In this document: positions 1 through 9,367 of the stretch, in pieces
Position numbering within the stretch: the stretch's first letter is position 1
Layout: each line of letters starts with the position of its first letter
Source: Bacteroidota bacterium
Lineage (GTDB): Bacteria > Bacteroidota > Bacteroidia > Flavobacteriales_D > Crocinitomicaceae
Assembly (NCBI GenBank): GCA_039800565.1
Contig: JBDLQL010000008.1
Coordinates: 32,013 to 96,012 of the forward strand
Reading direction: 5' to 3'
Length of the DNA stretch: 64,000 nucleotides
Notes under the pieces: generated by a model
What the model saw: only the letters and a program-made list of their open reading frames with translations
The model's database searches: none
Told to the model about the DNA's origin: nothing
Made by a program: the position numbers and the translations under genes

Positions 1-1565
1 CCGAATGAAGCGATCTCTTCGTTCAATCCTAACGCAGGATCGAAGTTCATACGAACCATTGGTTGTGAAGTAGTGTAGTACCAAGTAAGGTCAGTCATGT
101 CATAGTAGTAACATGTTTGCGCTTGCGCCGAACCAGCTGTACCAACCACTAAGTCGTTAGTTGCACCACCGTCACCGTTAGAACCTGCCACGATAAGGTA
201 AGCCTCACCTGCATTTAATGGGTAGTTACCGCCTAAGAAAGATAGTGTAACAAATGCATCAAGATCTGAAGCTTGAATGACGTATGGTCCTGTTTCGTCA
301 ACATAAAGGAAATCACCTGTAGTTGCATCGATAGAGTAGAGTTTCAAGTACATTTCTGCACCTGGTTCTGCAGATCCGCTGATGTAAACGGAACCACCAC
401 CAATTGTTGTGTTGGCGAAAATATCAAAGATATTACCTACTTCGAAGCCCATTCCTTGATTGTAAGAACCATTAAGTGCAGTTCCGTTGTCACGAGCATA
501 CTCGTATTGGTTGACACTAATGGTAGCAAAGTTTGCTAATGCGTTGTTGGTGTTGTCACCGTCAACATTTCCAGAAGCTACACTTGCAGATACGTTGTGA
601 TTTGCGATACCTGAACCTGGTGTAAATGATGCTGTACAGTCAAGCGTATCGAATGTACCAACTGGAATTGCTAATGGAGCAGATGTTCCGGTGTAAGCAC
701 CTGTTGTTGCTGTAAATACGGCATCAGCTTGGTTTAATGCACCAATGTTTTCAACAATACCACCAAAATCAATTGCGGTAATTTGTGATTGTGGAACGCC
801 ATAATACGCCAAACGAGCACCCCAGAAACCTGTAGAACCCCAATGAACCGCATTCAATTTTAAGTCGTAGTTTTCTGGTACATACAATTCGACGTCGTCT
901 ACTGCCCAGTACCATCCCCAATAATCGTTGTCATCGTAGTAGAACTGAACTTTAACTTGTGATTGGCCACCTGCGATCGAAGAAATATCGATGATGGTTA
1001 CTTCAGGGTTTCCTGAGTTTTGGTTTGGTGTGGAGTAACTCGTTTCATTCGACATTTCGAAATCTGTCCAAGTAGCTCCGTTGTCACCAGATACACGAAC
1101 GCCGCGTGTGTCATGCCACCAACGGAAGTTGTGTTGGTACTTTAATTTAACAACAGGGTATGCACTACAGTTGATTGCAGTGGTATTTGTGGCTGTTGTA
1201 ATAATTGGTGTTCCGTCTTGGTCACCTGTGTTGTTTGCATCAGAGTTCACAAACAAAAAGCCGTTTGAAGCAGTGGTAGAACCCATTGGGTTAAGTGCTG
1301 AAACCGGGATCGCTTGTGTTCCTGGAACAAGGTGCCATTGCTCAGGGTTAGAACCTGTACTTGCAATACTCCAAGCCGCCGGGTTATTGAACCCATCAGA
1401 CCAAATTGTGGTGATTTTTTCTTCAGCTACAGGCTTTTTAGCGTGTGCCGAACCAACTTCAACAGAAGTTCTTTTCTCTAGACGAGGCGTTGAGACACTT
1501 TTCACTTGCGCCTGAAAAGTACCTGCTGCCATCAAGGCTAGAAAGGATACGTAAATTTTTTTCAT
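1..1565 (-). CDS. Secreted beta-sandwich protein, partial (N-terminus in window, C-terminus beyond base 1); choice-of-anchor-J/MAM-like, probable surface or T9SS cargo
   Basis: Absent from the ORF track because it has no in-window stop. Manual minus-strand translation from ATG 1565..1563 gives MKKIYVSFLALMAAGTFQAQ (signal peptide) ...TTIWSDGFNNPAAWSI...GATWTDFEMSNE...DDNDYWGWYWAVDDVELYVPENYD... and stays open to base 1 (>520 codons). The + ORFs 273..539 and 1081..1515 are its shadows. Confidence 0.7.
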   Translation of the reverse strand, partial: MKKIYVSFLALMAAGTFQAQVKSVSTPRLEKRTSVEVGSAHAKKPVAEEKITTIWSDGFNNPAAWSIASTGSNPEQWHLVPGTQAIPVSALNPMGSTTASNGFLFVNSDANNTGDQDGTPIITTATNTTAINCSAYPVVKLKYQHNFRWWHDTRGVRVSGDNGATWTDFEMSNETSYSTPNQNSGNPEVTIIDISSIAGGQSQVKVQFYYDDNDYWGWYWAVDDVELYVPENYDLKLNAVHWGSTGFWGARLAYYGVPQSQITAIDFGGIVENIGALNQADAVFTATTGAYTGTSAPLAIPVGTFDTLDCTASFTPGSGIANHNVSASVASGNVDGDNTNNALANFATISVNQYEYARDNGTALNGSYNQGMGFEVGNIFDIFANTTIGGGSVYISGSAEPGAEMYLKLYSIDATTGDFLYVDETGPYVIQASDLDAFVTLSFLGGNYPLNAGEAYLIVAGSNGDGGATNDLVVGTAGSAQAQTCYYYDMTDLTWYYTTSQPMVRMNFDPALGLNEEIASF

Positions 1566-1586
1566 TGTTGTGTTTTTAGATTGTCA

Positions 1587-1594
1587 CAAATATA
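1587..1594 (-). promoter_or_regulatory. Bacteroidota -7 box TATATTTG (TAnnTTTG) for the partial secreted-protein gene
   Basis: The plus strand reads caaatata. The motif G lies 22 nt upstream of ATG 1565. Confidence 0.45.
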
Positions 1595-1625
1595 ACGAAT
1601 TTTCCAAAAAAAAGTTGGTGTTAAC

Positions 1626-2591
1626 TTAGTGATTACGCTCAAATAAAAAGTCAGCTAACGCACGCAATTCGCGTTGGTCTTGTACGCGTTCAATTTGATC
1701 TAATGCCTTCATTGCCAACTCCTGATGTTGCTGCATTTTAATTTTACATAAACGCGCTACCTGCAATTGTTCGAAAAGTGATAAGGTGTCAGCTACTTTC
1801 TGAGAAGGGTGCGTTACTGTTTGCAATTTAAAGAGTTGTTTGCGTTGCACTTCGTTGGCTTGTTCAAAAGCTGTAATCGACAGCAAGGTCTTTTTGTTTG
1901 CCAAGATGTCGCCACCTACTTGTTTGCCCACTTTCGAAGGATCTCCGTAAGCATCAAGCAGGTCATCTTGGATTTGAAATGCCAAACCAAGCTGCTCACC
2001 AAACGTGTAATATTGAGCGGCCAACGCATCATTTGCGCCACCGATAAGTGCACCCATTTGCAATGCGCAACCCACTAAAACAGAGGTTTTAAGTCGGATC
2101 ATTTCAAGGTATGCCGCCGCACTGACTTCAGTTTGTGTTTCAAAGTCCATGTCCATTTGCTGCCCTTCACAGACTTCAATGGCGGTTTTATTAAATAAGT
2201 GTAAGAGTTTTACAAGCGGCCCCTCTTGATAGGTAGCAAGCTGCTCATACGCTTTTACAAGAAGGACGTCTCCTGATAAAATCGCAATGTTAGCATTCCA
2301 TTTTTCGTGTACCGTTGCTTGAGAGCGACGCAAAGGTGCCGCATCCATAATATCATCATGGATTAATGAAAAATTATGAAACAATTCAACAGCAAGGGCT
2401 GCAGGCATTGCTTTTTCGACGCCAACGCCGTTGGCTTTAGCTGCCATTAACGTCAGCATGGGGCGCATGCGTTTCCCGCCTAGTTTTAAAAAATAACGAA
2501 GGGGTTCGTATAAATTTGCCGGACGCGTTGGAAGTTCGTAAACGCTAATTGCGTCTTCAATGAGTTGGGCGTAGGTTGTAAGTGTGGTCAT
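1626..2591 (-). CDS. Polyprenyl diphosphate synthase (trans-isoprenyl diphosphate synthase family)
   Basis: 321 aa. First Asp-rich motif LIHDDIMD and second motif QIQDDLLD, with typical spacing for this family. Confidence 0.9.
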   Translation of the reverse strand: MTTLTTYAQLIEDAISVYELPTRPANLYEPLRYFLKLGGKRMRPMLTLMAAKANGVGVEKAMPAALAVELFHNFSLIHDDIMDAAPLRRSQATVHEKWNANIAILSGDVLLVKAYEQLATYQEGPLVKLLHLFNKTAIEVCEGQQMDMDFETQTEVSAAAYLEMIRLKTSVLVGCALQMGALIGGANDALAAQYYTFGEQLGLAFQIQDDLLDAYGDPSKVGKQVGGDILANKKTLLSITAFEQANEVQRKQLFKLQTVTHPSQKVADTLSLFEQLQVARLCKIKMQQHQELAMKALDQIERVQDQRELRALADFLFERNH

Positions 2592-3454
2592 GAACGGTTG
2601 ATCAGTTGCAAAAGATAAGTGCCATACCCACTTTTAACAAGTGGCTCAGCAATTTGTTGCAATTCCGATTTGCTAATAAAGCCATTTTGATACGCGACTT
2701 CTTCAATACAGCCAATTTTCAGACCTTGTCTTTCTTCAATGACTTGCACAAACTGACCGGCTTGCATGAGCGAACCAAACGTACCAGTGTCTAGCCAAGC
2801 CGTTCCGCGGTCGAGTATGGCGACGTTTAGTTGCCCTCTACGCAAATATTCAGCATTGACATCTGTAATTTCGTATTCGCCACGTGCCGACGGTTTTAAA
2901 TTTTTTGCAATTTCGACGACTTGGTTGTCGTAAAAATACAAGCCCGGGACCGCAAAATTTGATTTGGGGTGAAGGGGCTTTTCTTCGATGGACACCACTT
3001 TGTTTTCTGCATCAAATTCGACCACGCCATAGCGTTCAGGATCGCTCACGTGATACGCATAAACGACTGCTCCGGTCGGATCGCTGTTTTCTTTGAGTAA
3101 AGCATCCATCCCGACCCCATAGAAAATATTGTCGCCCAAAATGAGCGCAACTTTATCTTGACCAATAAAAGACGCACCAATCACAAAGGCCTGCGCAAGT
3201 CCGTTTGGCACTTCTTGTACGGCATAGGTAAAGGAACATCCTAAACGCTTCCCATCGCCAAGTAATTTTTCGAAATGCGGGAGGTCATGAGGTGTCGAGA
3301 TGATCAGAATTTCACGGATACCAGCACTCATTAGAATCGAGAGTGGATAGTAGATCATGGGTTTGTCGAACACCGGCATAAGTTGTTTGGATACAGCAAG
3401 TGTTAGAGGATGTAAGCGCGTGCCAGATCCGCCGGCAAGAATAATTCCTTTCAT
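2588..3454 (-). CDS. rfbA: Glucose-1-phosphate thymidylyltransferase
   Basis: 288 aa. N-terminus [18 protein letters not shown], plus YYPLSILM and LGDNIF motifs. The stop overlaps the polyprenyl synthase start by 4 nt. Confidence 0.95.
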   Translation of the reverse strand: MKGIILAGGSGTRLHPLTLAVSKQLMPVFDKPMIYYPLSILMSAGIREILIISTPHDLPHFEKLLGDGKRLGCSFTYAVQEVPNGLAQAFVIGASFIGQDKVALILGDNIFYGVGMDALLKENSDPTGAVVYAYHVSDPERYGVVEFDAENKVVSIEEKPLHPKSNFAVPGLYFYDNQVVEIAKNLKPSARGEYEITDVNAEYLRRGQLNVAILDRGTAWLDTGTFGSLMQAGQFVQVIEERQGLKIGCIEEVAYQNGFISKSELQQIAEPLVKSGYGTYLLQLINRS

Positions 3455-3466
3455 AGCTTCAGTTTT

Positions 3467-4195
3467 TTAGAGCCAACGAAAAATATCGTCAAAAACGCGT
3501 TTGCCCCATGGGTTGTTTCCAAAGTCTTTTTCAAGCTTTTGGCGCAGTTCCGGCATGGTATAAACTTTATTTTTTCCTGGATTAAGTAGTAATTCTTCTT
3601 TTTTAGGTGCAACGAAGTCAATTTTCTTTGCAAAATAAACAATGCCACCGTCTTCCGTTGCCAAACCTAAAATGGTTCCGGGCAATCCGCAAAAACCTTC
3701 CGGACCAACCGATGGAACTAACATCGGTGTGTACCATGCATACAAACGCGTACTGTCGTTTTTTTGATAAATGGCTTTACGGCATTCGTAGCCACAGATC
3801 GAACGCTTGCTATCGGTGATTTTCCAGGTGCGTTCGGGTAAAGAATCGCTAACAAACACATTTTGACCAAAAACCGCGAGTGCCGACAACTGTTGGTGTT
3901 GGTTTAAGTTTTGGTAGTACGAATTTTTGGTGGTCATCCAGGCCATTTCATCGGGCTGATTGCTTGGTATGAACGTAAATAACGAAGCGGTGTCATTGAA
4001 ATACAATTCAAATGACTCGGTTCTAATTTTATTGTCTTCATTGACAAAACGCTTCATGCGCTGGTCATTGAAGCGCTTTTCAAGATTCGTACGACGTTCA
4101 AATGTGATTTTTCCTGCATGTACGTACTCGGTCTGAGACCAACTGCAAAAGTTGATCAGAAGGGCACTAATGCCACATATGAGGTTCTTCTTCAC
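3467..4195 (-). CDS. GLPGLI family protein (secreted)
   Basis: 242 aa. Signal peptide MKKNLICGISALLINFCSWSQ and diagnostic CGLPGTILGL motif. The start overlaps the upstream beta-barrel gene by 29 nt. Confidence 0.8.
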   Translation of the reverse strand: MKKNLICGISALLINFCSWSQTEYVHAGKITFERRTNLEKRFNDQRMKRFVNEDNKIRTESFELYFNDTASLFTFIPSNQPDEMAWMTTKNSYYQNLNQHQQLSALAVFGQNVFVSDSLPERTWKITDSKRSICGYECRKAIYQKNDSTRLYAWYTPMLVPSVGPEGFCGLPGTILGLATEDGGIVYFAKKIDFVAPKKEELLLNPGKNKVYTMPELRQKLEKDFGNNPWGKRVFDDIFRWL

Positions 4196-6923
4196 GGGTC
4201 TTGTTGTTGTTAAATTTGTAAGTAAGGCGCACTAAGAAATAACGGCTGATAATACGCGTAAAGTTGTCGGTAATCATGTTGCCATTGACACTGCGCTGGA
4301 CATTGATGTTTTGATTGAGCAAGTCATTAACAGAAAGGCCTAAGATCAGGTTTTCTGTTTGAAGAAAGGCGCGTTCCACTTCGAGGTTCACGATAAATAA
4401 ATCTTTGTTGTAAGCCGCACGTCCACGGTTCATGGTGTAGGCCCAATTCCACTTCACATGAAAATGTTGCGGCAAACGCCAGTCTCCTTCAAACACATAG
4501 CGCTGGGTCGAATACGGTTTGTTCGAAATGCTAGAAAGGGTACTAATTGGGTTGACATACGTATAGGTTCCGCCTAAGGTGATTTCCAAACTGTCAAAAC
4601 GCAATTCTAAATTCAAACCGCCGCTTAAAGTGGTGGTTGTGGTTGTATTTTTTAGGTTATTGACATAATTGATGTTGCGCACATAAGTGGTGTTGATGTT
4701 TGGCTCAAAGGTAAGTTTTCGATTTAAGATCGGAAGCCCTCCGCCTGCATAAAGAGTGGCAAACGTATTGCCATTAACATTGACGGTTTGTGATACTTGA
4801 CGGCCATAAGGATCGTAACTTGTATTGGTTCCAAAACCATTTTGTGTCAAGGAAGCGGTGCCCCCTGACCACAAATAGCGTCCGGTCATGGCCTTCCAAC
4901 TATTCGCATTGAAGTTGAGGCTGTGCACATAATTTGGCTTGAGGTTTTGATTTCCGATTTGAACGCGGTTTGGATTGCTGTTGTCGCGGACCGGCTGCAC
5001 ATCGTTGGCATTAGGTGGCGTCGAGTAGGTTGTGTACGTTAAATTAATACGCTTACTCATGCTTGGCTTAAACTGGTACGAAAATTTAGGCAGCCAATTA
5101 GAAAGGTTCTGATTGACAACATTTCCGTTAAACACATTGGTGTTGTCAATGAGAATGTTGCGGTAGCCAATTCCAGCAGTGAAGCGGTGGTTTTTGTACA
5201 AATAGGTGAGGGAAGTGGTACCCCGTTGCTGAAAACGGCTATTGTCAAAAACATTTGTATACAAACTATCAATGACTGTAAAACTGTCGAGAATCGGGCC
5301 TTGATTGTAGGTATAACGATCTTGATTGGAAATCCCTTTTTCGATGTAATATTCAAAATTGAGTAAAAAGTGCGCGTTTAGTGGTTCCGTGTAATTGGCA
5401 ATGACATAATTGGTTCTTGAACCGTTTGCATTGGTTTTACGCTGTTCAAGCAAGGAATCGTTTCCGCTTGAAAGGTAGTTGGTCTGGTTGGTGAGCCCAC
5501 CGACCGATTCATTTTTCTTGTAGTCGAAAATGTACTTCAGTTCAAATTCGCGGTCTTTTTTTGCAAATTTCCGGCGTAAAATGGCCTCCGAATTACTCGT
5601 AATGCCTTTCGAATCATACGAGTTGTCTACATTGGTGGTTAAATACGAAGCAAAGTTCTGATCCCGAAAATCTTGAATGGTTCGATTGTCGGTAATGCCT
5701 TTGTCAAAACTGACTGTTGGCTTGACTTCAAGTTTGGTCAAGGAATCAAGGTCAATCGCCAAATTCAAGTTAAAGCGGTGCGAAGAACTGCTCGAATAGT
5801 TGCGCGCAGAATCTTTCGTGAAATAAGTGCTGTCTTGTAAAAAATACTGCGTCTGACTTGAGGAATTGGCTTGTAATTGACTTTCATAGTAAGCATAATT
5901 GAAGCCCATTTTGACTTTGTCTGAGAGGCGATCGTTGTAATACACACCTGTTTTTAAAGTTTTCGGAATCCCAGATGTGTTTGATCGTGAACTTTGATCC
6001 CAGAAGGTCATGCCGCTCGAATTGCGTTCGTTATCGAGGCCAAATTTGTTCATGTCGCCAAAGCCGAAGTTCGATTTGGGGGTATTTGAACCCAGCATAA
6101 AGACTGATATTTTCGTCTTTTTGCTGAATTTGTTATAAAGCAGTTCTGTTTCATAAAAGGGCTTGTCGCTGGTTTGTCCAAAATCGGTTGCAGCCGCCAC
6201 TTTTCCGAAATAGCCACGTTTGGCTTCGTCTTTTAATTTAAGATCGAGCACTTGAATTTTGTCGTCTTCACCAGCAGCTGCGTCCTCGTTTTTCTTTTCG
6301 TAGACCTGCACCGATTCAACGCCTTTTGCTGCTAAATTTTTGGTCGCGATGGTGGGGTCTGAACCAAAAAACTCATCGCCATCGACTAAGACTTTGCTAA
6401 TTTCTTTTCCTTGTGAAGTAATCGAACCGTTATCTTCTACTTTAATACCGGGTAGTTTTTTGAGCAAGTCTTCTACGACTGCATTTTCGGCGACATGAAA
6501 CGAATCGGCGACATAAACCAAGGTATCGCCGTTATAAAAAATGGAATTGCGGTTTTTACTGACCGTAATTTCCTTCATTTCCTGAATTTTAGGGAACAAA
6601 CGAATGTCGGGCAATTGGATCTCGAATTTTTGTTTTGAGCCCATGATATAGACGCTACGCGTTGTCCAGTTTTTGTGTTCGATGAACACTTGAAACGAAT
6701 CGATGGCAAGGTTACTCAGTTCAAATTTACCGGAGGCATCGGTGCGTGTAAACTGAACAAGAACGGAGTCGCGTAAGCGGATGGCCATGACACTGGCTTC
6801 AGGAATGACCTTGGCACCTGTAGAGTCGACAATGCGGCCGCTGATGTGCATTTTTTGTGCTGCAACATCTTGCAAGGATAATCCGAAAAATAAGAGAAGG
6901 AGAAAGAGGTATTGTTTTTTCAT
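4167..6923 (-). CDS. Outer-membrane beta-barrel protein with carboxypeptidase-regulatory-like N-domain and plug-like segment (TonB-dependent-receptor-like, OMP_b-brl_3 type)
   Basis: 918 aa. Signal peptide; ISGRIVDSTGAKV...ASGKFELSNL (CarboxypepD_reg-like); LLKKLPGIKVEDNGSITSQGKEISKVLVDGDEFFG (plug-like); long alternating beta-strand region ending LVRLTYKFN. Confidence 0.85.
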   Translation of the reverse strand: MKKQYLFLLLLFFGLSLQDVAAQKMHISGRIVDSTGAKVIPEASVMAIRLRDSVLVQFTRTDASGKFELSNLAIDSFQVFIEHKNWTTRSVYIMGSKQKFEIQLPDIRLFPKIQEMKEITVSKNRNSIFYNGDTLVYVADSFHVAENAVVEDLLKKLPGIKVEDNGSITSQGKEISKVLVDGDEFFGSDPTIATKNLAAKGVESVQVYEKKNEDAAAGEDDKIQVLDLKLKDEAKRGYFGKVAAATDFGQTSDKPFYETELLYNKFSKKTKISVFMLGSNTPKSNFGFGDMNKFGLDNERNSSGMTFWDQSSRSNTSGIPKTLKTGVYYNDRLSDKVKMGFNYAYYESQLQANSSSQTQYFLQDSTYFTKDSARNYSSSSSHRFNLNLAIDLDSLTKLEVKPTVSFDKGITDNRTIQDFRDQNFASYLTTNVDNSYDSKGITSNSEAILRRKFAKKDREFELKYIFDYKKNESVGGLTNQTNYLSSGNDSLLEQRKTNANGSRTNYVIANYTEPLNAHFLLNFEYYIEKGISNQDRYTYNQGPILDSFTVIDSLYTNVFDNSRFQQRGTTSLTYLYKNHRFTAGIGYRNILIDNTNVFNGNVVNQNLSNWLPKFSYQFKPSMSKRINLTYTTYSTPPNANDVQPVRDNSNPNRVQIGNQNLKPNYVHSLNFNANSWKAMTGRYLWSGGTASLTQNGFGTNTSYDPYGRQVSQTVNVNGNTFATLYAGGGLPILNRKLTFEPNINTTYVRNINYVNNLKNTTTTTTLSGGLNLELRFDSLEITLGGTYTYVNPISTLSSISNKPYSTQRYVFEGDWRLPQHFHVKWNWAYTMNRGRAAYNKDLFIVNLEVERAFLQTENLILGLSVNDLLNQNINVQRSVNGNMITDNFTRIISRYFLVRLTYKFNNNKTREEEPHMWH

Positions 6924-6982
6924 AGAGCGATTTTGGGCACACAGTTAGTTCAGACGCTTTTTTGCCCAAATTGTTGCGTCTT

Positions 6983-7759
6983 TTAACGTTTTTTTAATTC
7001 AGTCAGCACTTGGTAGCTAAAACCGTTTGCCTCACTGACATCTTGAAACTGTACCTTGAGTGGTATTCCTTTCCAAGCTGCGGGTGCTTTTTTCATGGCT
7101 TCGATGAGTGTTTCTTTAGGCGCATACGCCAGTTGGGTCGTGTAGTTGGAATTACCTAACTGAATGAACTGATGATTGTACGCTTCGTCAAAACCAATAA
7201 AGCGAAGTTCGAAGTCGGCTTCTTGGTTGAATACCTGATAAAACTGCTGGAGTGTGGGTTTGATTGTCGCACTCAAGGCAGATTGTGAATGGGCCCGATA
7301 GGTGTTCTTTTTTGTTTCTTGGTAAGTTGCGATAAGGTCTTGTTTGGTATTAAAAAAAGCCATTTCAGTCGTGACTTGAAGTTTGCCACAGTTCGTGCTT
7401 TCTTGCTCGACGATGGCCATGCACAATTCTTCTTTGAGGAAGTAAAAAGTATGGGTTAATTTTTGACCATCCGTAGTTGTGGTGCTAATACTGCCTTTGA
7501 GCAATTCTTCTGAGCGGTCAAAATACGCATAGGCTTGCACTAAGTCGCCGTTCACGTGGGTGTAAAGTAAGGAGCTTTGTTGCTGGATATCTTGCGTTTG
7601 ATCTACTTTTTCTTGGTAACTTAAAAAGGCCTCAGATCCTTTAAATGATTGTAGCAAAACACGCCCGGTATGCGCAGTCGATGCTTCACTGTTTTTTGGC
7701 GCTTCGTTACAGGCAAAAAAGAGAAGGAAAGTAGGAATAAAATAAAGGAGTTGTCGCAT
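6983..7759 (-). CDS. Hypothetical lipoprotein
   Basis: The ORF track gives 6983..7810. The internal start MRQLLYFIPTFLLFFAC (lipobox) at 7759 is more plausible. No recognisable domain. Confidence 0.55.
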   Translation of the reverse strand: MRQLLYFIPTFLLFFACNEAPKNSEASTAHTGRVLLQSFKGSEAFLSYQEKVDQTQDIQQQSSLLYTHVNGDLVQAYAYFDRSEELLKGSISTTTTDGQKLTHTFYFLKEELCMAIVEQESTNCGKLQVTTEMAFFNTKQDLIATYQETKKNTYRAHSQSALSATIKPTLQQFYQVFNQEADFELRFIGFDEAYNHQFIQLGNSNYTTQLAYAPKETLIEAMKKAPAAWKGIPLKVQFQDVSEANGFSYQVLTELKKR

Positions 7760-7798
7760 CTTCAGGTTTAACACTGCGAAATTAGAAATTAAACTTCT

Positions 7799-7806
7799 TA
7801 TTTTTG
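7799..7806 (+). promoter_or_regulatory. -7 box TATTTTTG abutting the ruvX start (leaderless candidate)
   Basis: TAnnTTTG match. The motif G at 7806 is 5 nt before the A of ATG 7811. Confidence 0.45.
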
Positions 7807-7810
7807 ACAT

Positions 7811-8218
7811 ATGGCAGTTGTATTGTGTATCGATTTTGGGTTAAAACGCTGTGGTTTGGCACTTTCTGATCCGGCAGGCATTATAGCCTCTCCGCTCCAA
7901 ACCATCGATTCGGCTCAACTCCATCAATGGCTCGATACCGCCATTGCACAAAAAAAGATTTCAGAAATTGTGTTGGGCTACCCGACGCGATTGGATGGTT
8001 CTGATAGCCACGTCACTGAAAATGTGCGCTTACTCAAGCAATTTCTTGAAGAAACATACCCCCATCTAAAAATTGCCTTACACGACGAGCGTTTTTCGTC
8101 CAAGATGGCGAGCCAGAGTATTGCACTGGCCGGTAGTAAAAAACAAAAACAACAAAAAGGACTTATCGATCAGGTAGCGGCTTGCCTCATTTTACAAGAA
8201 TACTTGAGCGAACGCTAA
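7811..8218 (+). CDS. ruvX: Holliday junction resolvase-like nuclease RuvX (YqgF family)
   Basis: 135 aa. N-terminus CIDFGLKRCGLALSD, then GYPTRLDGSDSH and LHDERFSSKMA, all typical of YqgF. Confidence 0.9.
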   Translation: MAVVLCIDFGLKRCGLALSDPAGIIASPLQTIDSAQLHQWLDTAIAQKKISEIVLGYPTRLDGSDSHVTENVRLLKQFLEETYPHLKIALHDERFSSKMASQSIALAGSKKQKQQKGLIDQVAACLILQEYLSER

Positions 8219-8225
8219 ACCTTTG

Positions 8226-8233
8226 TAACTTTG
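8226..8233 (+). promoter_or_regulatory. -7 box TAACTTTG abutting the def start (leaderless candidate)
   Basis: TAnnTTTG match inside the 19-nt ruvX-def spacer. The motif G at 8233 is 5 nt before ATG 8238. Confidence 0.45.
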
Positions 8234-8237
8234 CGCC

Positions 8238-8837
8238 ATGATTTTACCAATTGTCGCTTACGGTGACCCCATTTTAAAAAGAGAAGCTGAAGAAATCGAT
8301 CAGTCGTATCCGGACTTACAGCAACTGATTGCCGATATGTTTGATACCATGTACCATGCAAAAGGTGTCGGGTTAGCGGCCCCCCAAATCGGCCGAAGTA
8401 TACGTTTGTTCATTGTTGACGGAAGCCCATTTGCCGATGAAGAAGACGATGAGCCCGATCCAAAAGCTGCTGGCATTTCTGACTTTAAAAAAGTGTTTAT
8501 CAATCCAATCATAGAAGAAGAAACAGGTCAGAAATGGGCCTTCCAGGAAGGTTGTTTGTCCATCCCTCATATCCGTGAAAACGTCATGCGTCAAGAAAAA
8601 TTAACCATCACGTACTACGACGAAAATTGGGAGTTTAAAGAAGAAAGCTTCGACGGCTATGCAGCACGCATTATTCAGCACGAATACGACCACATTGAAG
8701 GGATTTTATTTACCGATCACCTCACACCCCTAAAGAAAAAATTATTGGCCAAACGACTTTCTAATATTACCAGTGGGGCCATTTCAGTGGATTACAAAAT
8801 GAGTTTTCCGGGTTCTAAAAAGCAACGATTGATATGA
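8238..8837 (+). CDS. def: Peptide deformylase
   Basis: 199 aa. The three PDF motifs are present: GVGLAAPQIG, EGCLSIP and QHEYDHIEG. Confidence 0.95.
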   Translation: MILPIVAYGDPILKREAEEIDQSYPDLQQLIADMFDTMYHAKGVGLAAPQIGRSIRLFIVDGSPFADEEDDEPDPKAAGISDFKKVFINPIIEEETGQKWAFQEGCLSIPHIRENVMRQEKLTITYYDENWEFKEESFDGYAARIIQHEYDHIEGILFTDHLTPLKKKLLAKRLSNITSGAISVDYKMSFPGSKKQRLI

Positions 8838-9367
8838 AAAAATACCTAGTAATTTCGATTTCTTTACTTTGGTTAGCAGCTTGTTCTACCGATGCGCCCA
8901 AAGACCAAAAAACACAGCTGAAAGATCGCATCTCGGAAATGGAAGACTCCATTACCAAGATTCAAAAAGACCCGATGCTCGCTGCCAAAATGCCCAGTCT
9001 TACAAAAATCGAGCTCATCAATCGTTTGTTGGCTTATTACCATGCTTACCCCACCGATGCCTATGCGGCAGAATGTTTGTTTAAAGTTCACATGACTTAC
9101 GATGCGCTCCAAGCTCCAGAACAAGCAACTGCCTACGCCGATACCTTGCTCGAAAAATTCCCGAATTATAAAAACAGAGCGCTCATTTTAGAGAGTCTAG
9201 CAAGCACCTACGACATCGAGGAACCTCGTGACACAGCGATGGTAAGAAAGTACTTTACGCTGTTACTCGAAGAGCCAAAGGTGAGTGCTCAAAAGAAAAA
9301 AGATATTCAGGCGCGATTAAAACACCTAGAGCTGCCTTTTGATGCGTATATTCTTACGGAACATTAG
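8834..9367 (+). CDS. Hypothetical lipoprotein (helical/TPR-like)
   Basis: 177 aa. MKKYLVISISLLWLAAC lipobox. 4-nt start/stop overlap with def. Confidence 0.6.
   Translation: MKKYLVISISLLWLAACSTDAPKDQKTQLKDRISEMEDSITKIQKDPMLAAKMPSLTKIELINRLLAYYHAYPTDAYAAECLFKVHMTYDALQAPEQATAYADTLLEKFPNYKNRALILESLASTYDIEEPRDTAMVRKYFTLLLEEPKVSAQKKKDIQARLKHLELPFDAYILTEH

Noticed and set aside
273-1515. Plus-strand ORFs 273..539 and 1081..1515 as the only listed genes at the window start
   Set aside because: Both lie inside the long open minus-strand frame, which has a signal peptide and coherent beta-sandwich sequence. They are treated as shadows.
2588-3454. rfbA as a remnant of a dTDP-rhamnose/O-antigen cluster
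   Set aside because: No rfbB/C/D, glycosyltransferase or flippase genes are in the window. The 4-nt overlap with a polyprenyl synthase gene reflects ordinary compaction and is not evidence of a polysaccharide locus.
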